A stretch of DNA of 39,133 nt. Source: Escherichia phage vB_EcoP-22664BS1. The notes beneath the pieces were generated by a model. The model saw nothing but the letters and a program-made list of their open reading frames with translations. It had not been told where the DNA came from and searched no databases. Below, piece after piece: positions 27,823 through 36,261 of this stretch (its first letter is position 1; the number at the start of each line of letters is the position of its first letter). The stretch lies in sequence record MZ234009.1. The stretch is one strand, 5' to 3'. Position numbers and translations under genes: made by a program.

Positions 27823-29391
27823 ATGGCTGAACGTGAAGGGTTCGCTGCTGAAGGCGCTAAGTCAGTTTATGATAGATTGAAGAACGGACGACAGCCTTAC
27901 GAGACCCGCGCACAGAACTGTGCTGCTGTCACTATCCCGTCACTGTTTCCTAAGGAATCAGACAACTCGTCTACTGAATATACCACTCCGTGGCAAGCTG
28001 TAGGTGCTCGCTGCTTGAACAACTTGGCTGCAAAGCTGATGTTGGCGTTATTCCCTCAGTCACCGTGGATGCGACTGACAGTCTCCGAATATGAGGCCAA
28101 GACCTTGAGTCAGGACTCAGAGGCTGCTGCTCGTGTTGACGAAGGGCTTGCTATGGTCGAGCGTGTGTTGATGGCCTACATGGAGACTAACAGTTTCCGT
28201 GTGCCATTGTTCGAAGCTCTGAAGCAGCTTATCGTCTCCGGTAACTGTCTGCTTTACATTCCAGAGCCTGAACAGGGTACTTACAGTCCGATGCGGATGT
28301 ACCGCTTAGTGTCTTACGTTGTTCAACGTGATGCGTTCGGTAACATCTTGCAGATTGTGACTCTCGACAAGGTAGCTTTCAGTGCTCTACCGGAAGACGT
28401 GAAGTCTCAACTCAATGCAGACGACTATGAGCCTGACACCGAGCTTGAAGTGTATACGCACATCTACCGTCAAGACGACGAGTATCTACGCTACGAGGAA
28501 GTGGAAGGGATTGAGGTAGCAGGGACCGATGGTTCCTACCCGCTGACTGCATGTCCGTACATCCCGGTACGAATGGTTCGACTGGATGGTGAAGACTACG
28601 GTCGTTCTTACTGCGAGGAGTATCTGGGCGACCTTAACTCGCTGGAGACGATTACAGAAGCTATCACCAAAATGGCTAAGGTAGCCTCCAAGGTGGTGGG
28701 ACTCGTTAACCCGAACGGTATCACGCAACCTCGACGTCTGAACAAGGCGGCTACAGGTGAGTTCGTGGCTGGTCGCGTTGAGGACATCAACTTCCTGCAA
28801 CTGACGAAAGGTCAGGACTTTACGATTGCCAAGTCGGTGGCTGACGCTATCGAGCAACGTTTAGGCTGGGCCTTCCTTCTTAATAGTGCTGTTCAGCGTA
28901 ATGCAGAGCGTGTCACTGCTGAAGAGATTCGTTATGTTGCTGGCGAACTGGAGGCGACATTAGGTGGCGTGTACTCAGTACAGTCACAAGAGCTTCAGTT
29001 ACCTATCGTCCGTGTGCTGATGAACCAGCTTCAGTCTGCTGGCATGATTCCTGACCTTCCGAAAGAAGCGGTAGAGCCTACGGTCTCCACTGGTCTTGAA
29101 GCGTTAGGCCGTGGTCAAGACTTAGAGAAGCTGACTCAGGCAGTCAACATGATGACCGGGCTACAGCCTCTGGCTCAGGACCCAGACATTAACTTGCCTA
29201 CCCTGAAGCTGCGACTGCTGAATGCCTTAGGCATTGACACCGCTGGTCTACTCCTTACGCAGGACGAGAAGATTCAGCGCATGGCTGAACAGTCGTCTCA
29301 ACAGGCAGTAGTCCAAGGTGCTGGTGCTGCTGGTGCCAACATGGGCGCTGCTGTAGGTCAGGGAGCTGGTGAGGACATGGCTCAAGCCTAA
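27823..29391 (+). CDS. 8: Portal (head-to-tail connector) protein (gp8)
   Basis: Extensive colinear identity to T7 gp8 (YETRAQNCA, TPWQAVGAR, YRLVSYVVQRDAFGN, VRLDGEDYGRSY, ERVTAEEIRYVA). Confidence 0.97.
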   Translation: MAEREGFAAEGAKSVYDRLKNGRQPYETRAQNCAAVTIPSLFPKESDNSSTEYTTPWQAVGARCLNNLAAKLMLALFPQSPWMRLTVSEYEAKTLSQDSEAAARVDEGLAMVERVLMAYMETNSFRVPLFEALKQLIVSGNCLLYIPEPEQGTYSPMRMYRLVSYVVQRDAFGNILQIVTLDKVAFSALPEDVKSQLNADDYEPDTELEVYTHIYRQDDEYLRYEEVEGIEVAGTDGSYPLTACPYIPVRMVRLDGEDYGRSYCEEYLGDLNSLETITEAITKMAKVASKVVGLVNPNGITQPRRLNKAATGEFVAGRVEDINFLQLTKGQDFTIAKSVADAIEQRLGWAFLLNSAVQRNAERVTAEEIRYVAGELEATLGGVYSVQSQELQLPIVRVLMNQLQSAGMIPDLPKEAVEPTVSTGLEALGRGQDLEKLTQAVNMMTGLQPLAQDPDINLPTLKLRLLNALGIDTAGLLLTQDEKIQRMAEQSSQQAVVQGAGAAGANMGAAVGQGAGEDMAQA

Positions 29392-29409
29392 ACTATCACT
29401 ATAGGAACA
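29387..29409 (+). promoter_or_regulatory. Phage RNAP promoter (phi9-like)
   Basis: cctaaactatcactataggaac. Confidence 0.65.
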
Positions 29410-29485
29410 ACACCGTAAGTCCAACTCTAGGTGAGTCAACTAGACGAGGCAGGTGTTACCTATTAACTACCAAAGGAGAGACTTA

Positions 29486-30370
29486 ATGTCCCAATCAGTT
29501 TATGCCGAGTTCGGCGTTAGTCCTAATGCAATCACTGGTTCCGTTGAGGACCTGAACGAACACCAGAAGTCTATGCTTGAACAGGACGTAGCTGTTCGTG
29601 ATGGCGATGACGCTATTACCTTCAAGCAACTGGAAGCCGAAAACGAAGAGGCGACCGAAGAAGACGAGAACGTCGAAGAGACTGAGGGTGCTGAAGACAA
29701 CGAGTCCGATGACGAAGAGTCTGAGACCGATGGTGAGCAGCCGGAGTTCATCGAACTAGGTGATGCGCCGAAAGAGCTGACCGAAAGTGTCACCGCTCTG
29801 GATGAAAACGAAGCTGCATTTGACGACATGGTGTCTTCCGCTGTAGAAGCTGGCAAGGTCACTGCTGATGAAATTACCGCTATCAAGGCTGAATACGCCA
29901 AGGACGGTAAGCTGTCTGACGCATCCTACGCTAAGTTGCAGGAAGCAGGTTACACCAAGCGTTTCGTAGATTCGTTTGTACGTGGTCAGGAAGCTCTGGC
30001 TGAACAGTATGCTGCTGGTGTGGTTCGCTATGCTGGTGGTGCTGAACAGTTTAATCGAATCCTGTCACACCTTGAGTCCAACGACCCGTCAACTCGTGAA
30101 GCACTGGAAGCTGCTATCGTTCGTAAGGACATTGCGACTACCAAAGCTCTGCTGAATCTTGCTGGAAAGACACTTGGCAAAGCTGTAGGCGTTAAACCTC
30201 AGCGTACAATCACCACTCAGGCTAAACCTGTGGTAGCACCTAAGGCTCCTCAGACCGAAGCATTCAGCTCTAAGGCTGACATGATTAAGGCTATGAGTGA
30301 CCCGCGATACCTGCGTGACGCTAAGTACACGATGGAAGTTCGCGCTAAGGTAGCTGCCTCAAGCCTGTAG
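29486..30370 (+). CDS. 9: Capsid assembly (scaffolding) protein (gp9)
   Basis: Acidic N-terminal half; C-terminal KAMSDPRY and AAGVVRYAGG match T7 gp9; RBS aaaggagag. Confidence 0.9.
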   Translation: MSQSVYAEFGVSPNAITGSVEDLNEHQKSMLEQDVAVRDGDDAITFKQLEAENEEATEEDENVEETEGAEDNESDDEESETDGEQPEFIELGDAPKELTESVTALDENEAAFDDMVSSAVEAGKVTADEITAIKAEYAKDGKLSDASYAKLQEAGYTKRFVDSFVRGQEALAEQYAAGVVRYAGGAEQFNRILSHLESNDPSTREALEAAIVRKDIATTKALLNLAGKTLGKAVGVKPQRTITTQAKPVVAPKAPQTEAFSSKADMIKAMSDPRYLRDAKYTMEVRAKVAASSL

Positions 30371-30373
30371 TTG

Positions 30374-30396
30374 ACTAAACTATCACTATAGGGAGA
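30374..30396 (+). promoter_or_regulatory. Phage RNAP promoter (phi10-like), full consensus
   Basis: tgactaaactatcactatagggagacc. Confidence 0.75.
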
Positions 30397-30498
30397 CCAA
30401 GAGACAGACTCAAGGTTTCCCTATTACTTCAGTCCATACGGATTGGGCATACAGTAAGTAATAAACTTTATCTTTCAATTGAATAGGAGAATTATCAT

Positions 30499-31548
30499 AT
30501 GGCAAACGTTCCGGGTCAGAAAGTTGGTACAGACCAAGGTAAAGGCAAATCTGGTTCCGACGCTCTGGCGTTGTTCCTGAAGGTCTTTGCTGGCGAAGTC
30601 CTGACAGCATTCACTCGCCGCTCTGTAACTGCTGACAAGCATATTGTCCGTACCATTCAGAACGGTAAGTCTGCTCAGTTCCCGGTCATGGGTCGCACCT
30701 CTGGTGTGTATCTGGCTCCGGGTGAGCGACTGTCCGATAAGCGTAAAGGTATCAAACATACCGAGAAAGTGATTACCATTGATGGTCTGCTGACTGCCGA
30801 TGTGATGATTTTCGACATTGAAGACGCGATGAACCACTATGACGTGGCTGGCGAGTACTCCAACCAGTTGGGCGAAGCTCTGGCTATCGCTGCCGATGGT
30901 GCGGTACTGGCTGAGATGGCTATTCTGTGTAACCTACCGGCTGCATCTGATGAAAACATCGCTGGTCTTGGCAAAGCGTCTGTGCTGAAAGTTGGTACTA
31001 AAGCAGACCTGAACACTCCGGCTAAGCTGGGTGAAGCAATCATCGGTCAACTGACCATTGCTCGTGCGAAGCTGACATCCAACTACGTTCCTGCTGGCGA
31101 CCGTTACTTCTACACCACGCCGGACAACTACTCTGCAATCCTCGCGGCTCTGATGCCGAACGCTGCTAACTATGCTGCGCTGATTGACCCAGAGACTGGT
31201 AACATCCGTAACGTAATGGGCTTCGTGGTTGTTGAAGTTCCACACTTGACTCAGGGTGGTGCTGGGGAAACTCGTGGTGCCGATGGTATCACTATTGCGA
31301 CTGGTCAGAAGCACGCCTTCCCAGCTACTGCTACTGGTGATGTTAAAGTTGCTCTGGACAACGTTGTGGGCCTGTTCTCTCACCGTTCTGCTGTAGGTAC
31401 TGTTAAGCTGCGTGACTTGGCGCTGGAACGTGACCGTGACGTCGATGCTCAGGGCGACCTGATTGTTGGTAAGTACGCTATGGGTCACGGTGGTCTGCGT
31501 CCAGAAGCAGCAGGCGCACTGGTTTTCACAGCGGCGTCAGCGGGTTAA
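30499..31548 (+). CDS. 10: Major capsid protein (gp10A)
   Basis: Near-identity with T7 gp10A over long stretches (KHTEKVITIDGLLTADV, ALMPNAANYAALIDPE, HRSAVGTVKLRDLALER, YAMGHGGLRPEAAGA). Confidence 0.97.
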   Translation: MANVPGQKVGTDQGKGKSGSDALALFLKVFAGEVLTAFTRRSVTADKHIVRTIQNGKSAQFPVMGRTSGVYLAPGERLSDKRKGIKHTEKVITIDGLLTADVMIFDIEDAMNHYDVAGEYSNQLGEALAIAADGAVLAEMAILCNLPAASDENIAGLGKASVLKVGTKADLNTPAKLGEAIIGQLTIARAKLTSNYVPAGDRYFYTTPDNYSAILAALMPNAANYAALIDPETGNIRNVMGFVVVEVPHLTQGGAGETRGADGITIATGQKHAFPATATGDVKVALDNVVGLFSHRSAVGTVKLRDLALERDRDVDAQGDLIVGKYAMGHGGLRPEAAGALVFTAASAG

Positions 31549-31811
31549 CGACCCTTAAGGCCCTCTCTACAGAGGGTCCTACCTTAGAGACGTATAGTTC
31601 TACGGTGGGAACCAGCCTGAAGGTTGACTTCCCTGAGCTTTCAGATGTGACCGATTGGTCGCTGCTTGAGGTGACTACGCCTGATGGTGTTAGCTACTCC
31701 CGTAGAACCAACAGTCTCTACTTCAAGGCCACCTCTGGCGTGGAAGGTCTCGTGATTGTTGGGTATGACTGGACGCCTGTGCGTTCCTTCAACGTATCTT
31801 TCACAAACTAA
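30499..31811 (+). CDS. 10: Predicted minor capsid protein 10B made by -1 ribosomal frameshift at GGTTTTC (31521..31527), extending about 94 codons to the stop at 31809..31811
   Basis: Hand translation of 31527..31605 in the -1 frame shows no stop, and that frame continues into track ORF 31605..31811; heptamer position matches the known T7 10A/10B frameshift region. Confidence 0.55.
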
Positions 31812-31814
31812 TTG

Positions 31815-31858
31815 AAACCCCTTGGGTGCCTTCGGGTGCTTGAGGGGTTTTTTTTCTT
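31815..31858 (+). terminator. Intrinsic terminator (T-phi-like) after the capsid gene
   Basis: aaccccttgggtgccttcgggtgcttgaggggtttttttt: GC-rich hairpin plus T8 tract, resembling T7 T-phi. Confidence 0.75.
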
Positions 31859-31970
31859 AAGGAGGGACTATGGTCCTTATTTACACAGGGTTAGCACTAT
31901 TCGTCTTATTCTGGGCGTACCTGCTGTCCAGCTCACCGTCTAGCGCCTATGACCGTTAAGGAGTAAACCT

Positions 31971-32537
31971 ATGGCTCAATACATTACACTGAATGCTAAC
32001 GATGACTTAGATGCCATCAACGATATGTTAGCAGCTATCGGTGAACCAGCAGTCCTACAGCTTGACGAAGGTAACGCTGACGTCTCGAACGCTCAACGTA
32101 TCCTGCATCGTGTCAATCGTCAGGTCCAAGCTAAAGGCTGGAACTTTAACATCAACGAAGCTGCTGTCCTGACACCTGATGTCCAAGACAATAGGATTCG
32201 ATTCCTGCCGTCTTACCTTCGGGTCATGACTGCTGGTGCTACCAGTTACTACAGCAACATGGGGGGCTATCTCTATGACCTGTCCACTCAGTCCACGACC
32301 TTCACTGGACCAATTACAGTCGAACTGGTGGAGATGAAACCGTTCGCTGAGATGCCTGTAGTATTCCGTGACTACATCGTTACCAAGGCCAGCCGTGAGT
32401 TCAACGCTAAGTTCTTCGGTAGCCCAGAGTCTGAACTGTACCTTCGTGAGCAGGAAGCAGAACTCTATCAGCAGGTCATGGAATACGAGATGGATACTGG
32501 TCGCTACAACATGATGTCAGACATCGGGAGGGACTAA
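31971..32537 (+). CDS. 11: Tail tubular protein A (gp11)
   Basis: Colinear with T7 gp11 (NAQRILH.VNRQVQAKGWNFNI.E, EMP..FR.YIVTKASR.FN..FFG.PE, EYEMD.G.YNM). Confidence 0.9.
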   Translation: MAQYITLNANDDLDAINDMLAAIGEPAVLQLDEGNADVSNAQRILHRVNRQVQAKGWNFNINEAAVLTPDVQDNRIRFLPSYLRVMTAGATSYYSNMGGYLYDLSTQSTTFTGPITVELVEMKPFAEMPVVFRDYIVTKASREFNAKFFGSPESELYLREQEAELYQQVMEYEMDTGRYNMMSDIGRD

Positions 32538-32764
32538 TGGCTAGTCACAACCTGAAGATTCACCGCCAGCACTTTGGTCCGGTACAACTAGGTCTAAAGA
32601 CAGCAGAGCTGAGACTTAACGACCGGGACTTTAAGGTTGGCGACTGGCTTATCCTGAATGAGTGGGACAACGGGTATACTGGACAACAGGTAGCGCGTAA
32701 GGTTGTCCACATTGCTGACGTTGGTGAGATCGCTGAGGGATATGTCCTAATGAGTATGATTTAA
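32537..32764 (+). CDS. DUF3850/ASCH-like small protein (75 aa) inserted between tail tube genes 11 and 12
   Basis: ATGA overlap with gp11 stop; motif H.LKI....F..V..G.KT.E.R.NDRDF.VGD.L.L.EW....YTG matches my memory of the DUF3850 consensus. Confidence 0.6.
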   Translation: MASHNLKIHRQHFGPVQLGLKTAELRLNDRDFKVGDWLILNEWDNGYTGQQVARKVVHIADVGEIAEGYVLMSMI

Positions 32765-32773
32765 GGAGAGCCT

Positions 32774-35131
32774 ATGCCATTAATTACGCAAAGCATAAAA
32801 AATCTTAAAGGTGGTATTAGCCAACAGCCTGACATCCTGAGGTTCTCAGACCAAGGCGAGGCTCAAGTTAACTGCTGGTCATCCGAGAGTGATGGCCTCC
32901 AGAAGCGTCCACCTACAGTCTTCAAGCGACGTCTTAACATCGACGTTGGGAGCAACCCTAAGTTCCACCTGATTAACCGTGATGAGCAGGAGCAGTATTA
33001 CATCGTGTTCAACGGGTCCAACATTCAGGTAGTCGACTTGAGCGGTAATCAGTACTCAGTTTCAGGTGCGGTAGACTACGTTAAGTCGTCCAACCCGCGA
33101 GATGACATCCGTGTCGTTACAGTTGCAGACTATACGTTCGTCGTTAACCGTAAGGTTGTCGTTAAAGGTGGAAGCGATAAGTCACACTCTGGTTATAATC
33201 GTAAAGCACGCGCTTTAATTAACCTGCGTGGTGGACAGTATGGTCGCACCCTTAAGGTAGGAATCAACGGAGGCGTTAAGGTTTCGCATAAGTTGCCAGC
33301 AGGTAATGATGCCGAGAATGACCCTCCTAAGGTTGATGCTCAGGCTATCGGTGCAGCTCTGAGAGACCTTCTTGTTGCTGCTTACCCTACCTTCACGTTC
33401 GACCTTGGGTCTGGATTCCTGTTAATCACTGCCCCTTCAGGGACTGACATTAACTCAGTGGAGACGGAGGATGGCTACGCTAACCAGCTAATCAGCCCAG
33501 TACTCGACACGGTGCAAACAATCTCTAAGCTGCCTCTTGCAGCTCCAAATGGGTACATCATTAAGATTCAAGGTGAGACCAACAGTAGCGCCGATGAGTA
33601 TTACGTGATGTATGACTCCAACACTAAGACGTGGAAGGAGACAGTAGAGCCGGGAGTGGTCACTGGGTTCGATAACACCACAATGCCACATGCTCTGGTT
33701 AGACAATCTGACGGCTCCTTTGAGTTCAAGACTCTGGACTGGTCTAAGCGGGGTGCTGGTAATGATGACACAAACCCTATGCCTAGCTTCGTGGATGCTA
33801 CGATTAACGATGTGTTCTTCTACAGGAACAGGCTAGGGTTCTTGTCAGGAGAGAACGTAATCATGAGCCGTTCAGCCAGCTACTTTGCGTTCTTCCCTAA
33901 GAGTGTGGCGACATTGAGTGATGATGACCCTATTGACGTAGCTGTAAGTCACCCTAGAATCTCAATACTTAAGTATGCCGTTCCGTTTAGCGAGCAGCTA
34001 CTACTTTGGTCAGATGAGGTGCAGTTCGTGATGACAAGCTCGGGGGTCCTTACCTCGAAGTCTATCCAGCTTGATGTAGGCTCAGAGTTTGCCTTAGGAG
34101 ATAACGCCAGACCGTTCGCTGTAGGACGCTCAGTCTTCTTCTCAGCGCCTCGTGGGTCATTCACCAGTATTAAGCGATACTTCGCTGTAGCAGATGTGTC
34201 TGACGTGAAGGATGCCGATGATACCACTGGTCACGTACTGTCCTATATCCCTAACGGGGTGTTTGACATTCAAGGTACAGGGACTGAGAACTACATCTGC
34301 GTCAACTCCACAGGTGCATACAACCGAATCTACATCTACAAGTTCTTGTTTAAGGACGGCGTACAACTTCAAGCCTCTTGGTCGCACTGGGAGTTCCCTA
34401 AAGCTGATAAGATTCTGGCGTCTGCGTCGATTGGCTCTACCATGTTCATTGTTCGTCAGCACCAAGGGGGTGTGGACATTGAGCACCTTAAGTTCATCAA
34501 GGAGGCAACCGACTTTCCATTAGAGCCGTATAGACTCCACGTTGACTCTAAGGTGTCTATGGTAATCCCAATTGGCTCATATAACGCTGACACCTATGAG
34601 ACTACGGTCGACATTGGTTCTGCTTATGGTGGAAACGCTCCGTCTCCCGGTCGGTACTATCTGATTGACAGTCAGGGTGCCTATGTGGACCTTGGTGAAC
34701 TGACCAGCATCTCAACTGTGGCTATACTCAATGGCGATTGGTCGGGACGTACAGTGTTCATCGGACGGTCTTATCTGATGTCCTACAAGTTCTCACGGTT
34801 CCTGATTAAGATTGAAGACGATAGTGGCACTCAGTCTGAAGACACTGGACGTCTACAGCTTCGTAGGGCTTGGGTCAACTACAAGGACACCGGCGCTCTT
34901 AGACTCATTGTCAGAAACGGTGAGCGGGAGTTCGTGAACACCTTTAATGGGTACACCCTTGGTCAGCAACCCATCGGGACTACCAACATTGGGGACGGTC
35001 AGTATCGCTTCGCTATGAATGGTAACGCATTAACCACGAGTCTAACCTTAGAGTCAGACTATCCTACCCCAGTGTCCATCGTTGGGTGTGGCTGGGAGGC
35101 GTCATACGCTAAGAAAGCTCGTTCCGTCTAA
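32774..35131 (+). CDS. 12: Tail tubular protein B (gp12)
   Basis: Colinear with T7 gp12 (SQSIKNLKGGISQQPDILR, FFYRNRLGFLSGEN, DDDPIDVAVS, RRAWVNY, GCGWE). Confidence 0.95.
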   Translation: MPLITQSIKNLKGGISQQPDILRFSDQGEAQVNCWSSESDGLQKRPPTVFKRRLNIDVGSNPKFHLINRDEQEQYYIVFNGSNIQVVDLSGNQYSVSGAVDYVKSSNPRDDIRVVTVADYTFVVNRKVVVKGGSDKSHSGYNRKARALINLRGGQYGRTLKVGINGGVKVSHKLPAGNDAENDPPKVDAQAIGAALRDLLVAAYPTFTFDLGSGFLLITAPSGTDINSVETEDGYANQLISPVLDTVQTISKLPLAAPNGYIIKIQGETNSSADEYYVMYDSNTKTWKETVEPGVVTGFDNTTMPHALVRQSDGSFEFKTLDWSKRGAGNDDTNPMPSFVDATINDVFFYRNRLGFLSGENVIMSRSASYFAFFPKSVATLSDDDPIDVAVSHPRISILKYAVPFSEQLLLWSDEVQFVMTSSGVLTSKSIQLDVGSEFALGDNARPFAVGRSVFFSAPRGSFTSIKRYFAVADVSDVKDADDTTGHVLSYIPNGVFDIQGTGTENYICVNSTGAYNRIYIYKFLFKDGVQLQASWSHWEFPKADKILASASIGSTMFIVRQHQGGVDIEHLKFIKEATDFPLEPYRLHVDSKVSMVIPIGSYNADTYETTVDIGSAYGGNAPSPGRYYLIDSQGAYVDLGELTSISTVAILNGDWSGRTVFIGRSYLMSYKFSRFLIKIEDDSGTQSEDTGRLQLRRAWVNYKDTGALRLIVRNGEREFVNTFNGYTLGQQPIGTTNIGDGQYRFAMNGNALTTSLTLESDYPTPVSIVGCGWEASYAKKARSV

Positions 35132-35155
35132 CTTATTGAAGGGCCTATAGATTTA

Positions 35156-35178
35156 CCTTAACTATCACTATAGGGACT
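35156..35178 (+). promoter_or_regulatory. Phage RNAP promoter (phi13-like), embedded between the arms of a 12-bp inverted repeat (35139..35150 / 35177..35188)
   Basis: ccttaactatcactatagggact; flanking aagggcctatag / ctataggccctt. Confidence 0.65.
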
Positions 35179-35207
35179 ATAGGCCCTTAAGGTTATAAGG
35201 AGACTTT

Positions 35208-35678
35208 ATGTATATTCGCAAGGCTACGGAACAGGATGTCCACTACTTTCTGTGGCATCTTTCAGCAGATGATGTTAATGAGTGCAAAGCAAACTACGGG
35301 TCAACCGTGGGTCTCTCAGAGAGACTGCTTAAGCATCTATCTCCGTCATCTGTGGTTTTAACGAACGGTGTAGGTGAAGTGTTTGCCTATGGTGGAAACC
35401 AAGGGGATAACGTATGGTTCTTGACTTCGGGTCTGGTCCACAAGCTGAGACCTAAAGAGAAGCGAGAGTTCATAAAGCGTATCTCTGAGTACAGGGACTT
35501 AATGTTAGACCAATACGGGACCATCTGGAACTACGTGTGGTCAGGCAATAAGTCTCACATTAAATTCTTGAAGTTGCTTGGGGCTAAGTTCCATGATGAT
35601 TGGACTATCAGCCCGGTAACTGGTGAGCATTTTCAATTATTCACTATCTCTAAGGAGGACGTATGTGTGAACCCGTAA
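35208..35678 (+). CDS. gp13-like internal virion / assembly protein (by synteny)
   Basis: ORF track; position between genes 12 and 14; RBS aaggaga. Confidence 0.55.
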   Translation: MYIRKATEQDVHYFLWHLSADDVNECKANYGSTVGLSERLLKHLSPSSVVLTNGVGEVFAYGGNQGDNVWFLTSGLVHKLRPKEKREFIKRISEYRDLMLDQYGTIWNYVWSGNKSHIKFLKLLGAKFHDDWTISPVTGEHFQLFTISKEDVCVNP

Positions 35679-36250
35679 GTATCGGCATGGGTATCATGGC
35701 TGTAGCCGGGGCCACTATGTCCGCATCCCAGCAGGCAAAGGCCGAAGGTGCAGCAATTGACGCTCAGAACCGACAGGCTCAGGAAATGGTTAAGCAGATG
35801 AACTACTCTGACGCCAACCTGAGAATGCAGGAGCGAGACCTGAAGGAGCAGCAGATGGCTGAATTGACAGAGACCACGCTCAACGGTATACGCAATCAGG
35901 GCATGGTCAGAGCTGCAGTGTCTGAGTCAGGTCTGGAAGGTAACTCTATGGACAGGATTGAACGTCAGGTCAAAGGAGATACAGTCAAGGAGCGAGCAGG
36001 GATTACCGAAAGTTACAACCGAGACTATGCGGCTATCTTCGGGAACCGTATCGCCAACATTGAGAACACAAAGTCTGCTATCCGTGGTCAAGGTAAAATC
36101 ATCAAGACCAGCCCACTGGCCCATGCACTTAATGTTGCTAGCGCCGGGATGCAAGGTTACGCCGCTGGTAAGTCAATCTCTGGAGCGTCCAGCTCTGGCG
36201 GTGCTGCACCTATTAGTGCTGCTAAAGGCACACCTACAGGTCATAGCTAA
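35663..36250 (+). CDS. 14: Internal virion protein B (gp14)
   Basis: Similarity to T7 gp14 (EGNSMDRIERQVKGD, ESYNRDYAAIFG); size 195 aa versus 196 aa. Confidence 0.85.
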   Translation: MCEPVSIGMGIMAVAGATMSASQQAKAEGAAIDAQNRQAQEMVKQMNYSDANLRMQERDLKEQQMAELTETTLNGIRNQGMVRAAVSESGLEGNSMDRIERQVKGDTVKERAGITESYNRDYAAIFGNRIANIENTKSAIRGQGKIIKTSPLAHALNVASAGMQGYAAGKSISGASSSGGAAPISAAKGTPTGHS

Positions 36251-36261
36251 GAGGAGGAATA

